Below, in pieces: positions 41,439-55,046 of a stretch of DNA of 64,000 nucleotides (within the stretch, counting starts at the first letter, position 1; every line of letters starts with the position of its first letter). The notes beneath the pieces were generated by a model that was given only the letters and a program-made list of their open reading frames with translations, did no database searches and was not told the DNA's origin. This DNA comes from Squalus acanthias (lineage: Eukaryota). The position numbers were made by a program, and so were the translations under genes. Location of the stretch: positions 4,154,001 through 4,218,000 of the forward strand of contig CM059437.1 in NCBI GenBank assembly GCA_030390025.1, in the 5' to 3' direction.

Positions 41439-44400
41439 CTGTCAATCGGGAAAAACAAATTGTCAGACGACCTGCTGAATAAAACGGGTTCTGTTTTCTC
41501 TCCCCCACCCCCTTTCTTTCACCATCCACGATACCATGACTCAAGATTTTCAACGAGGGTTCCCACTTGGGAGCGGGAAGGGGGTGGGAGTGCCGGCTCA
41601 CAGTCAACAGTGGAATCTGAACCGTTCATGCATTATCCCGTTCCATATTAGCACATGCTGTAGAAGATTGTGTCACAACGCAGCATTGCATATTCTAATG
41701 TAACTTTACGTCTTATCAAAGTAAGTGTTCCAAGGATTTTACTTAAAGGGGAATCTTGCACCGGGACAAATAGTTACAATGAAGGCCTACTTAAGGTTGA
41801 ATCTAAAATGTTATCTCGAATGCACATTACACCTAATCCTTGATTCCTAACAAGATTGAGACGCAATATAATGGAATAAGCCATCACAGGCAATATCTGG
41901 TACTCCTGCCCTTTTACTATTATAAAGAGTTTACATTCTGACTGTAAAGAGACATGATTATCCCGAAATCTTCATTGCAAAAGAAAAGTCACTGTGTTTA
42001 AAACACAGCTAATATAGCTTGACATTAGCAGGAAATTGCACCTCTAAATTCTAACTAATAATATTAACTTTCTGTTAAACATGTGCTTAACTAGTTTGAG
42101 ATAAACCTATTTATTTCCCAGGGATATCTCACCAAAGAGCATTTAAACATCTATTAACTTTCCAGAGTCAATGTTTAGTGCAGATGACCTTTTTGAGAAT
42201 TGATTTAGAAGCGGGTTGTTGCACAGCAAAACAACCTTTAACCCCTATAATATCGCTTTAACACTGGATCTTCACTTAACGGTTATGGTTTATGCAAGGG
42301 GAGGGAAGTAGCCGTTTAGTGAACAGAGGGCAAGAAGGCAGGAACATGGACACAGATGTTTTCAACAGGAAGTCATGAGCCTTTTTTATAAAGCTACCCC
42401 TCGCTTTTCATTTTACTGAATTGGCTGAAATTCTCACATTTATTTTCTGTTAGCTTTAATGCAACAGCTGACGCGCTTTTTGTCATTCGCCGTCCTTTTG
42501 TGAGTACTATGCTGAAACTTTCCATGCTGGACTGTTTCTACAATAACTTTTAGACTTATTAGTGTTTTTTTTAAAGATTGTAGAATGATCTCTGGTTCCC
42601 TTCTTTATATACGAGTCAAATGTTGCTGATGCCGCCAGTATCGCTGTATTAAATTGAAATGGGATAAAGCAGAAGTCATTATTGGCAAAAAGGTCAAATG
42701 TATCCAAATTGTAGGTGCAAAGATATACCCGCGTTTCTCGACATCTTTGCAGTGTGCATTGGTTAAACACAAGCTACCTGTATCCTTGGGAAGTAAAAAG
42801 TATTTTATGAAATCGTATAGTTACAATTAAGCAGTATGATTTAACCCGGTTGCAAGTGCGGAAAGCCAATGAACAGAGAGGATTTAGGATAAGACAATAT
42901 CAGATGTAACTTTGTTGCTGTGAATTACACCCTAACATAGGGCAAGTTTTGCTGGAGGGGTTTAAAAATCATGGAATATAGGAAATGTCCAGGGTTATAC
43001 ATTCAACCAATGTAAATATATAAACTTGCAACACTGATAACACCATAAAGAAGCGATCGATATAGAATTAAAATATTCGCTCCATAAAAGAAACCGCGTA
43101 TTTAGTGCAGGGGACAATTCTTTACCGGCCACTTTCCAATCAAATTCTGAGGAGAAAAACGCGAAAACTAGCTGAATATCACAGCTTAAAGAATCTATAA
43201 ATGATTATTGATTGGCCTGCCCTTGGTTAGAACTCAAGGTCATATCATAAATTCCATCACATTCAGTATCATATCACGGTTCCTCAATATTAACCGCGTT
43301 CGTACAGGCTCTTTCTGTCCTGAAATATTATTTAAAGTCATAAACCTGTAACGAACTATTCGGAAACAACCACGGCCTGACTGTGACGCACCAGCGGCAT
43401 ATTATGAATGTTTCTTGCGTCTGTTCTGGCGACCCGGTGGTAATGAATATATGCGAATTTGTCCTAGATTTCAAATTAATAGTTTGTGAGCAAAAATAAA
43501 CGTGCAAGACACGGGGCTAAATTATAATATTTCCCTTTCATCTGTGTCGACCTAATGTTTCAAAATGTTCAAAAAGTAAAGGAACTGGATAGCAGTCGGT
43601 CTGAAATCTCCTCAGGCCTCTCCAGTAGTTTCCTTTGTAGGTGTTGCGGTGTCAATTTGCTGTTCGGGTTATGCTGAGGCTGAGAGTTGCACCAGGTGTT
43701 ACATTTTCTGTTCAAATACTATAACCTAATTGAGTGGAGCCTTGGATCAACATGGAAACTGCGTGCTGTGATTACCTTGGCTTGAATGCATTTAAAATGC
43801 GGAAAATTACTCAACAAGACCGGAACAACAAGGGGTTGAAAAGAAATACGGTCCTACACAACCTGGGGATCAGTTTAAAAATTAAAATGCAAATTTACAA
43901 TGTGCCTTTAAGCCGTCGACGAATTATTGACTGAGTAAAGCATGTTAGTAACATGCTGTAAAGCCTTATTGTACTATTAATTATGCGTCTGAATCCCACT
44001 CGCGGATTTAGATTGCAACTGTTATTATTATTTTATAGCAAAAAAATGTATTATATATAGAAATTGTTTGGGAAGTAACTGATACCTGTGAATCGCAATG
44101 TACGATCTAGTTTTAATTCTGGCTTTGTTATGTGCAAGTTCAGTTTTAAAAGCAGTCAAAATCCCAGCTCAATTTAAGGCCTCCATCTTTATTAGCTACT
44201 TTGTCGCGTTATTAGGTTCTTTGTATGAAGCTGGCGTTATTTCAATGCAGCAAAGATGGCGGAAGCGTTGTTGTCATAGCGTTTAGTGTTTTCCTGAGAT
44301 TTTTGTCATCAATTAAAAATTGAAATTCAGTGTGCTTGGAAGTCAAATAATCTTCTGAAACTGGACATATCAACTGGGCTGTGCATGGAGCACATCAATG

Positions 44401-46737
44401 ATATATTGCATATATTTTTTAAATTAAAAATCTGCTCATTTATATTGCACTCTACGGAATTAAATGTCGACCAGCATTGAGTGTCCTGTCAGAGATCAGC
44501 TCAACTATTCCTAGGTAAGAAAGAAATCAGGAGAGTCCCCACATCCACGGAGGGTGTTTATAGGTCAATTACAACAGCCCCTAACCAAGTCTAATTGTCA
44601 GGTTAAACTAAACGTTATCAATGAACAATCTCCCAGTCTGTGGTTTGGGTGCACTATCCTGTTTTCGTCCAGGTGCTGTTAATAACTGCCATCAATTCAT
44701 CCACACAGAGTTCAAATTAAAAAGACGTGTTAAAAGTTATGAAATACATAACTTATCTCTTGCTAATTGAGAGTTAATTTAACTTGTGAGCTGCTCCCAA
44801 TCTATATAGCGGGACAAGGGACACGCCAGGCCCCTTTACAATACCTTGCCTCAAATTCAAAGTGTAACGTGTGCTTAACATGTCCCAGATTTCCATAACA
44901 ATACAAAGAGTTGTATACTCCATTGTCACTTGATGTTTAGTACAGTCTCCTTGGTTGTGTCACTTGATTGTGTGGGTAAACACTCGATAAAGTCAGTGCT
45001 AGATAGAAAGAGCAACCCACCAGTTCAGCATTTATATTTAGACCCCAACGACACACAAAAAACAGACACAAGCAAGGAACCAGCCACTTGAACTGTTAGG
45101 GATTGCGACGATTTGACAAAGGGCTTGCCGACTTTAACGTAGTTGAAGTGGCTTTGCTTTGCAATGTTTCATGTTTCTGTGTGTGAGAGTAAGTGGAGGA
45201 AATCCGCTATGGCGGAACCGAGTTAATTATAACTTCCTACGAGTTATTGCATCCTGGTGTTTACCCGCTTCTTTCCGCCTGTGTAGCGGCTCAGGGTGGG
45301 GTGGGGGTGGAGGGGGGGGGGGGGATAATAGATATATTTTTTAATGTTCTCCTAAAAAACACAGAAGTGTAGCTTATTGATCACCTGTTACACAATAGTC
45401 AATTTCTAAAAGAATCGGTAAAGCGATACTAAAAACCGTTTGATATTCATCACACCTCTCCTAGATTGTGTTAGAAACAGACCACAACCAGAGCCCCATC
45501 GGAATCATAGATACCTACCAGGAAATAGCATTTAGGGTACCTCGGATTACTAATTAGCATGTCAGTTCAATTTGTTTGCCCCTGTGGCTCCTTTATTCCC
45601 AATTTACTGAGGAGCGAGGTCCCATAAAATAATGCTGCAATACCTCTGCAGCGCTGTGTGATGTAATTTTCCTTTGGCGCCATAATCTAGCTCCATGACA
45701 ACAAAGAGAGCTTAAGTAAATATCACATGGTGCCACCCAACTCATTTTATTTATATTCAGTATTTGGAATTTATAGTTGCATCTTAGATTGTTTTGATAT
45801 ATGAGCCAACCATTGAAAGACCGTCGCTCGGATGCTTAGATTCCTGTTCACTGGATGTCACGCTCATAACCAATAATATATCAACAGCCACAACTAAATA
45901 TTGCTGGCCACCAATGCAGTGTTTGTACCCAAACCATAAACTCGAGCACTGCCTGAGATTTCATTTAAAGGAATATTCATCTGTATATATTGATGTTTCT
46001 ATATATGTATGCGTAAAACTAGCTATCCTTGCAATGTTACCCACATATATGCACACATACATACCTATATTCATAAATACGAACGTATGTCTATATAGAT
46101 CACCTCAGATTAGTAATTAGCAGGTCAGTTCAATGTGTTTGCTCCTGTGTATACATATAATTATATAGATACACACACATATCGGCATTATAATTATATA
46201 GATATCTATGTAATTTTGTAAACAGTTATCTGTGTATATAATTATAATATATAATATATATCCTCATGAAATTATATAGCTATATAGACATATTATGTCG
46301 GGTTTTTCTTTGATAACATAACCGCTATTTTAAGTTGATGTTGTACTTGATATAACTGCAGTTTTAAGTTTTTTTCTTAAGCACGCCTTGTATTTGAAAA
46401 TGCTCATTTGTTTTTGCCTAGGTGGGTTGTTTATACTGGGGACTTTTACAGCGGTTCCTAATGCAACTGAGGAGTGGCCTTCAGAACAGGAACCTTCCGT
46501 TGTTTTGATCTTTAAAAGGGTCACTTCAACGTGTTTGTAATTTACTCTGCCGTAAGGGGCCTGTCCTATAAATTGCTCAAGGTATTAATTTGTACTGAGG
46601 GATCTTTGTGCTGGAGACAAAAAGGCTCCTTTATGGCCTAAATAAAGTCACCTTGCCGCAGATGAGAGAGCTGCCTATGTTCCTGCTCCAATTGTCGTGT
46701 AATTGTTTGTCTTCCTTAGGTTCATGGTTTTACCCAC

Positions 46738-47461
46738 CTTTTGTTTCCTTCTCGGAAAGGGTCTTATCCGCGCCAGGAAACTGTAAGGAGGTTGTCTCTT
46801 GTACAAAGGCACTTTCTCTTCCCCCTGTGCTCTTTCCCGGCTCTCCGCGGCCCGGATCTTTTGAGGTGCTCACTTTTATGTCTTTTTCACCTGGTTTGGA
46901 GGAGGCCGACGTGGCGAAGGAAGAAGTGAAGGGAATGCTGGACTGAATCGAGCACGGAGCAGTGACTGGCTGCGGCTGGTTGTAATCCGTCGCTTTGTCT
47001 GATGGATAGTTCGGTTCAGAACGGAAGTAGCTGGGCACGGGAACCCTGCCACTGTCACTTGTGCACATTTCAGAAATCACCCTCGAGTACACTGAACCCT
47101 CAGGGTGCGTCTTCGCATGCTTATCCCCGTCTAATAAACAGTAGTTGGCTTCTTCCTTGACGCTGGACGCGAAGGAGTAAGTGCTTAGCTGCTGAAGTCG
47201 GCCTGTGTGGCTGGATGGTGACGGGGTTGCCCATCCTGCCATGCCTGGCACGTACTGATGTGGAACCAAACCTAGACCTTGTTGGTGGTTCATCTCCCCT
47301 TGTTTACGATGTGCTAAGTCAACTTGCCAATTCTGCACCCCGTAGCCCTGGTCCGGTCTGGAGGACAAATAACCCCCAAGACAGTAAGGCTCAGCCCGGC
47401 TGGAGCAAATTAAAGACTTCACTGAAAACGAGCTTGAAGCAGAATTCTCAGAACATGACAT
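46738..47461 (-). CDS. hoxb10: HoxB10 exon 1
   Basis: MSCSENSASSSFSVKSLI...SVKEEANYCL...VPVPSYFR (PG10 motifs). Donor AAAG|gtgggt, phase 1, in frame with exon 2 (331 aa). Intron is 5299 bp. Confidence 0.92.
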
Positions 47462-49962
47462 AGCTGCAGCTTAATTTGCTGAGGAGGGGGGGAAGGAAAA
47501 AAAAAGGTTCCCTATCAAACTGACATTTCTCTTGGACTCATCAGAAGGCGGTTGTAGACAACTTCCTCCCAGCCGGCCAATCAGAATGCCGACAGCCACT
47601 GCAGGCTCCGCCCACATCACAAGGGATTTGAAATGAGAAGAAAATTGATGCATTTGTGGGGCTCAGCAACACCTAGTTATTGTGACAAATACACGCTTGT
47701 TAATTCTGCTTTTATTAACCAACTCGGAGGGGAATCCTCTCGTTCTCTACACATGTACACTTACCAGTTCAACTCAAACAACGTGCTTAACATTTTTTTG
47801 TGGCAAAGTAAAACAGAACAAGATTATAATTTTTCAGACAGTATGGCGACAGCAGGAACGCTGGAGGAGCTCTGTGCATTTTTCAAGTTCTGTTTTGTGG
47901 TAATTCAGAGAAAGTAAGGAAATAAGAGCAAACTTGAAAGTAACGCTGGATATTCACTAGTGGAAAGCTTTCAGGAGGAATAATGCCGGCACCTCGAGAA
48001 ATATGCACATATATATATTTAATGTGATAGATAAAAACATATATATATATATATATATATATTTAATTAATTTATTGGAACGGCTACATGTTAATTTATG
48101 GTTTCAATAATGTTATACAGTTATGTGACATTAACAGCCTCCCATCGGATCGGGCATAGAATTAAGAGTTACTCTTACGTGAAGCTGAATATATATTTTA
48201 CACACACGCACAAACATGAGTTTGAAAGCAAACTTTAAGCTTATTTTAATTGGTAATGGCGGCATTTAACATATAAAATTATTACTGGGTGTGGGAACCC
48301 TGCAGTTTCCAAATCCATATAAGTATGGATATCATGTCAAACAATACTGGATGTAACAATACAGTGTAAATGACTTGTACCAAATAATAAATATTTAACT
48401 TCTCTCTCTCTCTCGTTGTCCTGTGCCGGATTAAAGTAGAACAGTGGGACTCAGGGTTCGGAGATAACCGCATTTTCCCCATCACTCGGACACATATTTT
48501 AATCCGTTCAACTAGCTATTAAAAACAAGTGTTACATTCTATTTATTTATTTTAACTGTTCGCAGTTTTTCGAACCTGTTGTTACCTTGTTTTTTTTTTA
48601 ACAACAAAAAAATGATAAAAACTTCACTTTACTGCTTCGATTTTATATCCTGGAGACTTTCCCCCTTGTCTATTTACATTTTTTATCCAAGTCTTTAAGT
48701 CCCTTATTTGCTATTTTAAAGATGAATAATTTAATATTTATGATTTACATAATTAAAACCTGCTATATTTATTTATTTTTTGTACTTTATTATGCTTCGT
48801 CGAGTTAGAGAGCTCAATACACAGATAAATAAATAAAGAAGCAGATTAATTAATCGATAATTTTACTAATCCAGCTGCGGATATTATCTATGATATAAAG
48901 CGCGCGCACACACACACACATCTTTCTGAAAGAAAGAGATCGTAGTACATGTGTGCATTAAGAGACCAATCGTTCTGCCGTTTATACATAAGCATTAAAT
49001 CTGATTTTATGCCCCCCTAAGGTTTTCAAGTTTGGGCTAAACTTGTTTTTTTTAAGAATGTAAGTCGTCGCTTTCCCCAGAGCGAGATATTTTCGATCTG
49101 TCAAATTCACGCACAGTTGAAAAAATCTTTATTAACAAAAAATAAAGTTTGAACTTTGAAATACTATCCCCCGCGAGGCCTCACCCTCCCAACTGTAAAT
49201 ATTTTAAGAACCAAAAAAGATCTAAATCCCAACGATGACAGATAGGGACATTTTTATTGACAACTAACTAACTAACTACAGATTTGTCCTTTTCAACCTC
49301 AATTAAATCGGCTTTCGTGACTAGAGTTAAAACTGTACAGTCCGCACATATTTGAATCCACTGCAAGCAGCGCCGACGAATCAGCAACGTGTGTTGGAAA
49401 TCCGGCCGGAACTCAATATGCTCTGCAGTTATTAAATTAGGGTGTAGACAGGATTCCATTCGACGCCTCTCACACCGCTTGCCGCCCCTATCCACCCCGA
49501 GAAATATATCATCTAAAATGAAATGAAAACGCCTTTGTGTGCATAACTGGACTTAGTTACAATTCATAAGCGGGTAATATTTCAGAGAGGCAATAGGAGA
49601 TTGTAGCATGTTATTGCCACGTGGACGGGACACGCGTGGGGGGGGGGGGGCACTTTTTTCTACCCCGAACTGCAGCAATAATTCTACAGCAATGACTGAG
49701 AGGCTGCTTGTATAAGCGAAGAATAAGCGGAGGGATTATCCCGTCCCTTGCTTGTAACGAGACCCTGGAGTACAGTATTTTGGGAGAAAGACAAGATTAA
49801 AGGGGTGAGAGGGATATTATATGTACCAAGGCCTTATAGAGTGCAGTGTCTGAGTAAAGCACATCAAACTTAAACCTTAGCGGCTAATTCCCAGCAAGAC
49901 ACGTTAATAGCGGATATTACCACCCCATACAAAGCAAATAAACAGAGAATATAAATGCAAGA

Positions 49963-50062
49963 AATAACAACAGAAAACGCTGGAAAAACTCAGCAGACCA
50001 GGCAGCATCCGTGGAGAGAGAAACAGAGTTAACGTTTCAGGTCGAAGACCTTTCGTCAGAAC
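49963..50062 (-). mobile_element. 100-bp Penelope-type terminal fragment with a minimal hammerhead core, flanked by a 10-bp TSD
   Basis: Direct repeat AAATGCAAGA at 49953-49962 and 50063-50072. Minus strand CTGACGA-A-AGGTC-TTC-GACCT-GAAAC-GTT-AAC. Confidence 0.75.
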
Positions 50063-52847
50063 AAATGCAAGAGTCAGAACTATATACAATATACAATAAT
50101 TAGAGTATATATATATACACACACTCGCAAATCTCTGAATAGGTATGCAACCCATGTTGCATGTCGATACAGTCTGAAACCTCATTTACATTCTATTCCT
50201 TATCTGAACACAGAGGCACAACATTGCCTAACTGTTTCGATAGACACAGATTCCGGCTACATTTTGTCATCTATATTGCCTGTAAATATGACATACGCTC
50301 TCACGTAATGACGAACGAGTCTGTTCGAGGCTGAAATGGTTACTCTCACACTTTATTGAGGATATACTGCTGCAAAACTGCGGATTTGGATCCACTTTTT
50401 AACTGTTTGTAGACACTAGCCCACAGTTGAATTGTGAGGCATAAAATAATGATTAAAAACACAGTGAGATTTGGCATATTTTTTTAGCCAGCTTGTGAAA
50501 AGAGTTCCACCCAAAAATGAGATTAACCAAATTGATAAGGGATATAATTATAAATATTTCTCATGCTTCATTCCACCTCCACAGTACGCATCAATCTGTT
50601 GGTATCTTTAATTTAAAAACACGATGTTTTACACACGAATTTGAGTGTAATCTTTGCACAAAGGCCTTGGTAAACAGTGTACCCGTCTAATTTTGATATA
50701 TGCGCTGCTGAACAGACAGGGTTTACCGATCAGCGCAATATATATGAGCTTATTTTTTTTTTAAATAACAAAATTTATTTTGTATCCCCTTCCATGAAAA
50801 AAACCCTTGGGGATTTTAAACTATTAAAGTAACGCACACCATACGCTACATCATAAAGGACACCTTTGTACAGAGTTTTTGGTGTGTTATGTGATTCGTG
50901 CGGGTTTTTCTTTACCCCGAATTAACGTTGAAATTTACGATGGAGGCCACGCTTCCCACAAACCTTCAGAGTTGCACAGCTCACAATCCAAGGGGCTCCT
51001 GATAAGAATTACTGCACCGAATAAAAAAAACGAGTCTGCATTGAGTGCGGAACCGTCTCTGATGCTGGTGGCTGCTCGGTGAAAGCCAGCCATATATAAT
51101 TCCAAGATATTTAAATCAGATTTATACAATAAAGGTGACAGCGACAGCCCCAGGAACCCGGCACGGCCATTGTTCAGGGAAGAATTGCAATCAGAATGCT
51201 GCATTTATGTGAAGAAATCTTTTTGAAAGGGTCACGTTATTTTTTTCCAGATTCGAAACACAGTTCATTAATGGCTCATTAACAGAATATCACTGAGTGG
51301 GGGAGGGAGGGGGGGAGGGGGGGAAGGAGTTGCTTATTGCGAGCAGGACATATACCGCAAAATGGCGTCAAGACTCTACCTTGGAGAAATTCATGCAATT
51401 GATTTCTAGAAACTTACACAAAAATATTGATTTCTGTTCCATGATGCTACAATAATAAGATGGGTACCAAAAATAGTTAACTAGTGATACTCTCTTAACT
51501 GTAACTCAAAGTTAGTTGGAAACTAATACTGTAGGCTTTATAGTTCCCTAGTTTAGTATTGAAAAACTAAATACCGTAACTTTTGAATCCAAACTGGTTA
51601 AACCCGAAGATCTCACCATTCAGTCCACACTAGTCGTTATGGCTTTATTCCGTCTCTCTCTCTCTCTTTCTCACGCTCACTCTTTCGTTCGCTTTCGTTC
51701 AAATGTACAAGCGAAGGAAAGTTTAAAATACTGAGCGGCCACGCAAAGAACAGTTTCATATATTGACTCGATATATCGGTGAGATTGGCATGTGTCTATA
51801 TTATCGAATGTAAAATAGCAACAACAACATGCATTTGTACAGCTCTTTTAACATAGAAAAAGGGTCCTAAATCGCTTCAGTGAATGTGACGCTATCTACT
51901 CAGTTCCTTGGATATATATGGGCACATATAATAACATTAACATTGAAATGTTAACATTTTTGAGGCTTTGTCTATTCCATTAATTCTAGGTTTCTTCTTG
52001 GCAAGTTTGCACAAATGGGTGACAAGAAAATTCGCCCGTTTTATTTCACAAAACTGACTGTCAGAATAGAAAGTCACATCAGTGTGATAACAGCTCGAGT
52101 CGGTGTGCAGTGGTCACTGAGAGAGGGACAACACAGATACGTATCTGTTATTAAGCGACAACCTGCGGTCTGTTTTTACACACACCCATATATATAATAT
52201 CAACACAGTTAAAACACAATGAAAACTAGCTATTAATTTGTAATAACTCGACTGTATTTCCTCACTGGAATCAGGTAAATTTTACCAGCTATGGACTCGG
52301 AGCGCACGCCTATTATAAGTTATACTTTTCTAACTTAAAATATAATGTTGAAGGAGAGATACATTTAATTCCAGCACTTTCAATCAATTTTTCTGGGACA
52401 TTTCTGCATCTTTGATATAATTTCGCTGCAACTTAATCAATGATCAGTCTCCCACACAGACTCCTTTGGAACAGATCTAAAGCTCGATCGCTAGGCGTTC
52501 AAAATAAGTTTAAAATTGTAGGAACTTACAGGGAGGCGGTGTCCCAGTTATCAAGTTCCGAAAGTGGATCCTGCCCTTTGCTTGTTTTTATTTATAGTTA
52601 ATATCGGAATCTCACATAGGATACAGCGCGGCGAATGAACGGAGAGTGACGCCAGGAAACGAAAAAACTATGAAAGACATCACACAATCCTCCAAGAGTC
52701 TACCTCCCGGCAGAACAATTCCCTGGAAACACATCGGCTTACGGCTAACCGCAGCTATAAGAATCGAATTTAAAACCTCATGTAGCCAGTAAGCATTTCA
52801 ATCCGTGGTCATTGTGTCTTTATCGACAGCATGAATCAAACTCAGCT

Positions 52848-53240
52848 NNNNNNNNNNNNNNNNNNNNNNNNNNNNNNNNNNNNNNNNNNNNNNNNNNNNN
52901 NNNNNNNNNNNNNNNNNNNNNNNNNNNNNNNNNNNNNNNNNNNNNNNNNNNNNNNNNNNNNNNNNNNNNNNNNNNNNNNNNNNNNNNNNNNNNNNNNNNN
53001 NNNNNNNNNNNNNNNNNNNNNNNNNNNNNNNNNNNNNNNNNNNNNNNNNNNNNNNNNNNNNNNNNNNNNNNNNNNNNNNNNNNNNNNNNNNNNNNNNNNN
53101 NNNNNNNNNNNNNNNNNNNNNNNNNNNNNNNNNNNNNNNNNNNNNNNNNNNNNNNNNNNNNNNNNNNNNNNNNNNNNNNNNNNNNNNNNNNNNNNNNNNN
53201 NNNNNNNNNNNNNNNNNNNNNNNNNNNNNNNNNNNNNNNN
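52848..53240. other. Assembly gap (N run), followed by (TATC)n
   Basis: Ns. Confidence 1.
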
Positions 53241-53252
53241 NATCTGTCTGTA

Positions 53253-53285
<33 letters not shown>

Positions 53286-54476
53286 GTCTGTTTGCTTCCG
53301 TTCTCCAAGCTGAAGATGATGTAATAATTTCCCTTCTCAGCCCATGGTCTCCCCTTTCACTCGTTACTTCACAGGATCACAAAATTGTGGAGCCCTTTAC
53401 TTTCCTTAGGCTTACCATCCCTCCTTCAAAATGCAGGCATGTAATATCCAAACTTTATATCAACAAACCATCGCTATATGTTCACCTCTTTTTTCCGAAT
53501 CTTTTCAAGATCTATCTCTTTTTCTCCGCATCTAGATTTCTAAATTAAACTCAAATCCAGCCATTCATGTATCCACGCGAATTCCCTCATGGCGCAGGTG
53601 ATGTCTCAGCATCTTCCTTTCTGCAGACTTCAAAACTCCTCCAGACTCTTTCAGAAGTAGAACAAAGCTGCTTCGCATAATCCTCTACAATAATAAACTG
53701 AAACTCTAAACCCGCAAAAACAAGGCCTGGGCCATCTGCCTTAGTTTAACAATAGGGCTGTAACAGACAAAAGTTGATCGTAACAAACATTTATATTATT
53801 ATAACAGTACTAAGCACTAAACTTCCGCCTCCTTCCTGAATTCATTAATGTTCCAAGTTGGATTGTAACCGAATTTTTCAATTATTGATGCTTTAAAAAA
53901 AATCAGATGTGACGAGAATCTGTACAGAGTTCCTGGGGTTGAAAAATAACATCTCACAATGAAATACAGAGCCTGAGTATTTGAAATCGAATAAAATTTG
54001 GCAGTTAATGTGGCGATCCTTTAAAATAACACATTTTCAGTAAATTACACTTTGTTAACTTACCAAAAGCACCAGCCCAGATTCCGCGCCGTCTATTATA
54101 AAACAGAGACACCGGACCGTCCACTACAGTCAACATTTCTGACTTATTATTGGTTCAAATAAATCCATCCAATGGCCCGTGGTTGGTGCTTGCGAGCTGT
54201 ACAGTGTTACCTTTGTACAGTTATTCCTCTCTGATCTTGTGCCTCGGTTGGGAATGTGCCGAGACTATTCCAAGAAGTAAACTTTTATGAGTTCGCGTGT
54301 TTACGCCCGCGAGGATACAGCCTCGCTTGTTCTTTTTTAGTTAATCCACATCGATGACATTCTGATCTCCAGTCTGCGTCAACCCTTTCACTCACCCTTA
54401 CCGCCGCGTGAAGCTCAGGTTATTTTGGAAACATTCTAAAAAGATCACAATTCGACCTTCTAGCTTCAGTATTTAC

Positions 54477-54743
54477 NNNNNNNNNNNNNNNNNNNNNNNN
54501 NNNNNNNNNNNNNNNNNNNNNNNNNNNNNNNNNNNNNNNNNNNNNNNNNNNNNNNNNNNNNNNNNNNNNNNNNNNNNNNNNNNNNNNNNNNNNNNNNNNN
54601 NNNNNNNNNNNNNNNNNNNNNNNNNNNNNNNNNNNNNNNNNNNNNNNNNNNNNNNNNNNNNNNNNNNNNNNNNNNNNNNNNNNNNNNNNNNNNNNNNNNN
54701 NNNNNNNNNNNNNNNNNNNNNNNNNNNNNNNNNNNNNNNNNNN
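54477..54743. other. Assembly gap (N run)
   Basis: Ns. Confidence 1.
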
Positions 54744-55011
54744 CTACCTCTCTCTATCTCTCTCTATCTCTACCTCTCTCTATCTCTACCTCTCTCTATC
54801 TCTCTCTATCTCTACCTCTATCTATCTATCTCTCTATGTCTATCTCTCTCTATCTCTCTATCTCTATCGCTCTCTCTCTATCTCTCTATCTCTATCGTTC
54901 TCTCTCTATCTCTCTCTCTATCTATCTATCTATCTATCTATCTCTCTATCTATATATCTATCTATCTGTTTGTCCATCTATCTATCTATCTACCTCTATC
55001 TATCTACCTAC

Positions 55012-55045
<34 letters not shown>

Positions 55046-55046
55046 C
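54744..55046. repeat. Compound (TC)n/(TATC)n/(TGTC)n microsatellite
   Basis: Direct inspection. It abuts the gap. Confidence 0.95.

Noticed and set aside
20947-47463. Plus-strand or alternative-frame ORFs overlapping Hox exons (e.g. 20951-21367, 21126-21491, 32123-32596, 46608-46946)
   Set aside because: Shadow ORFs of GC-richer coding exons with no independent support.
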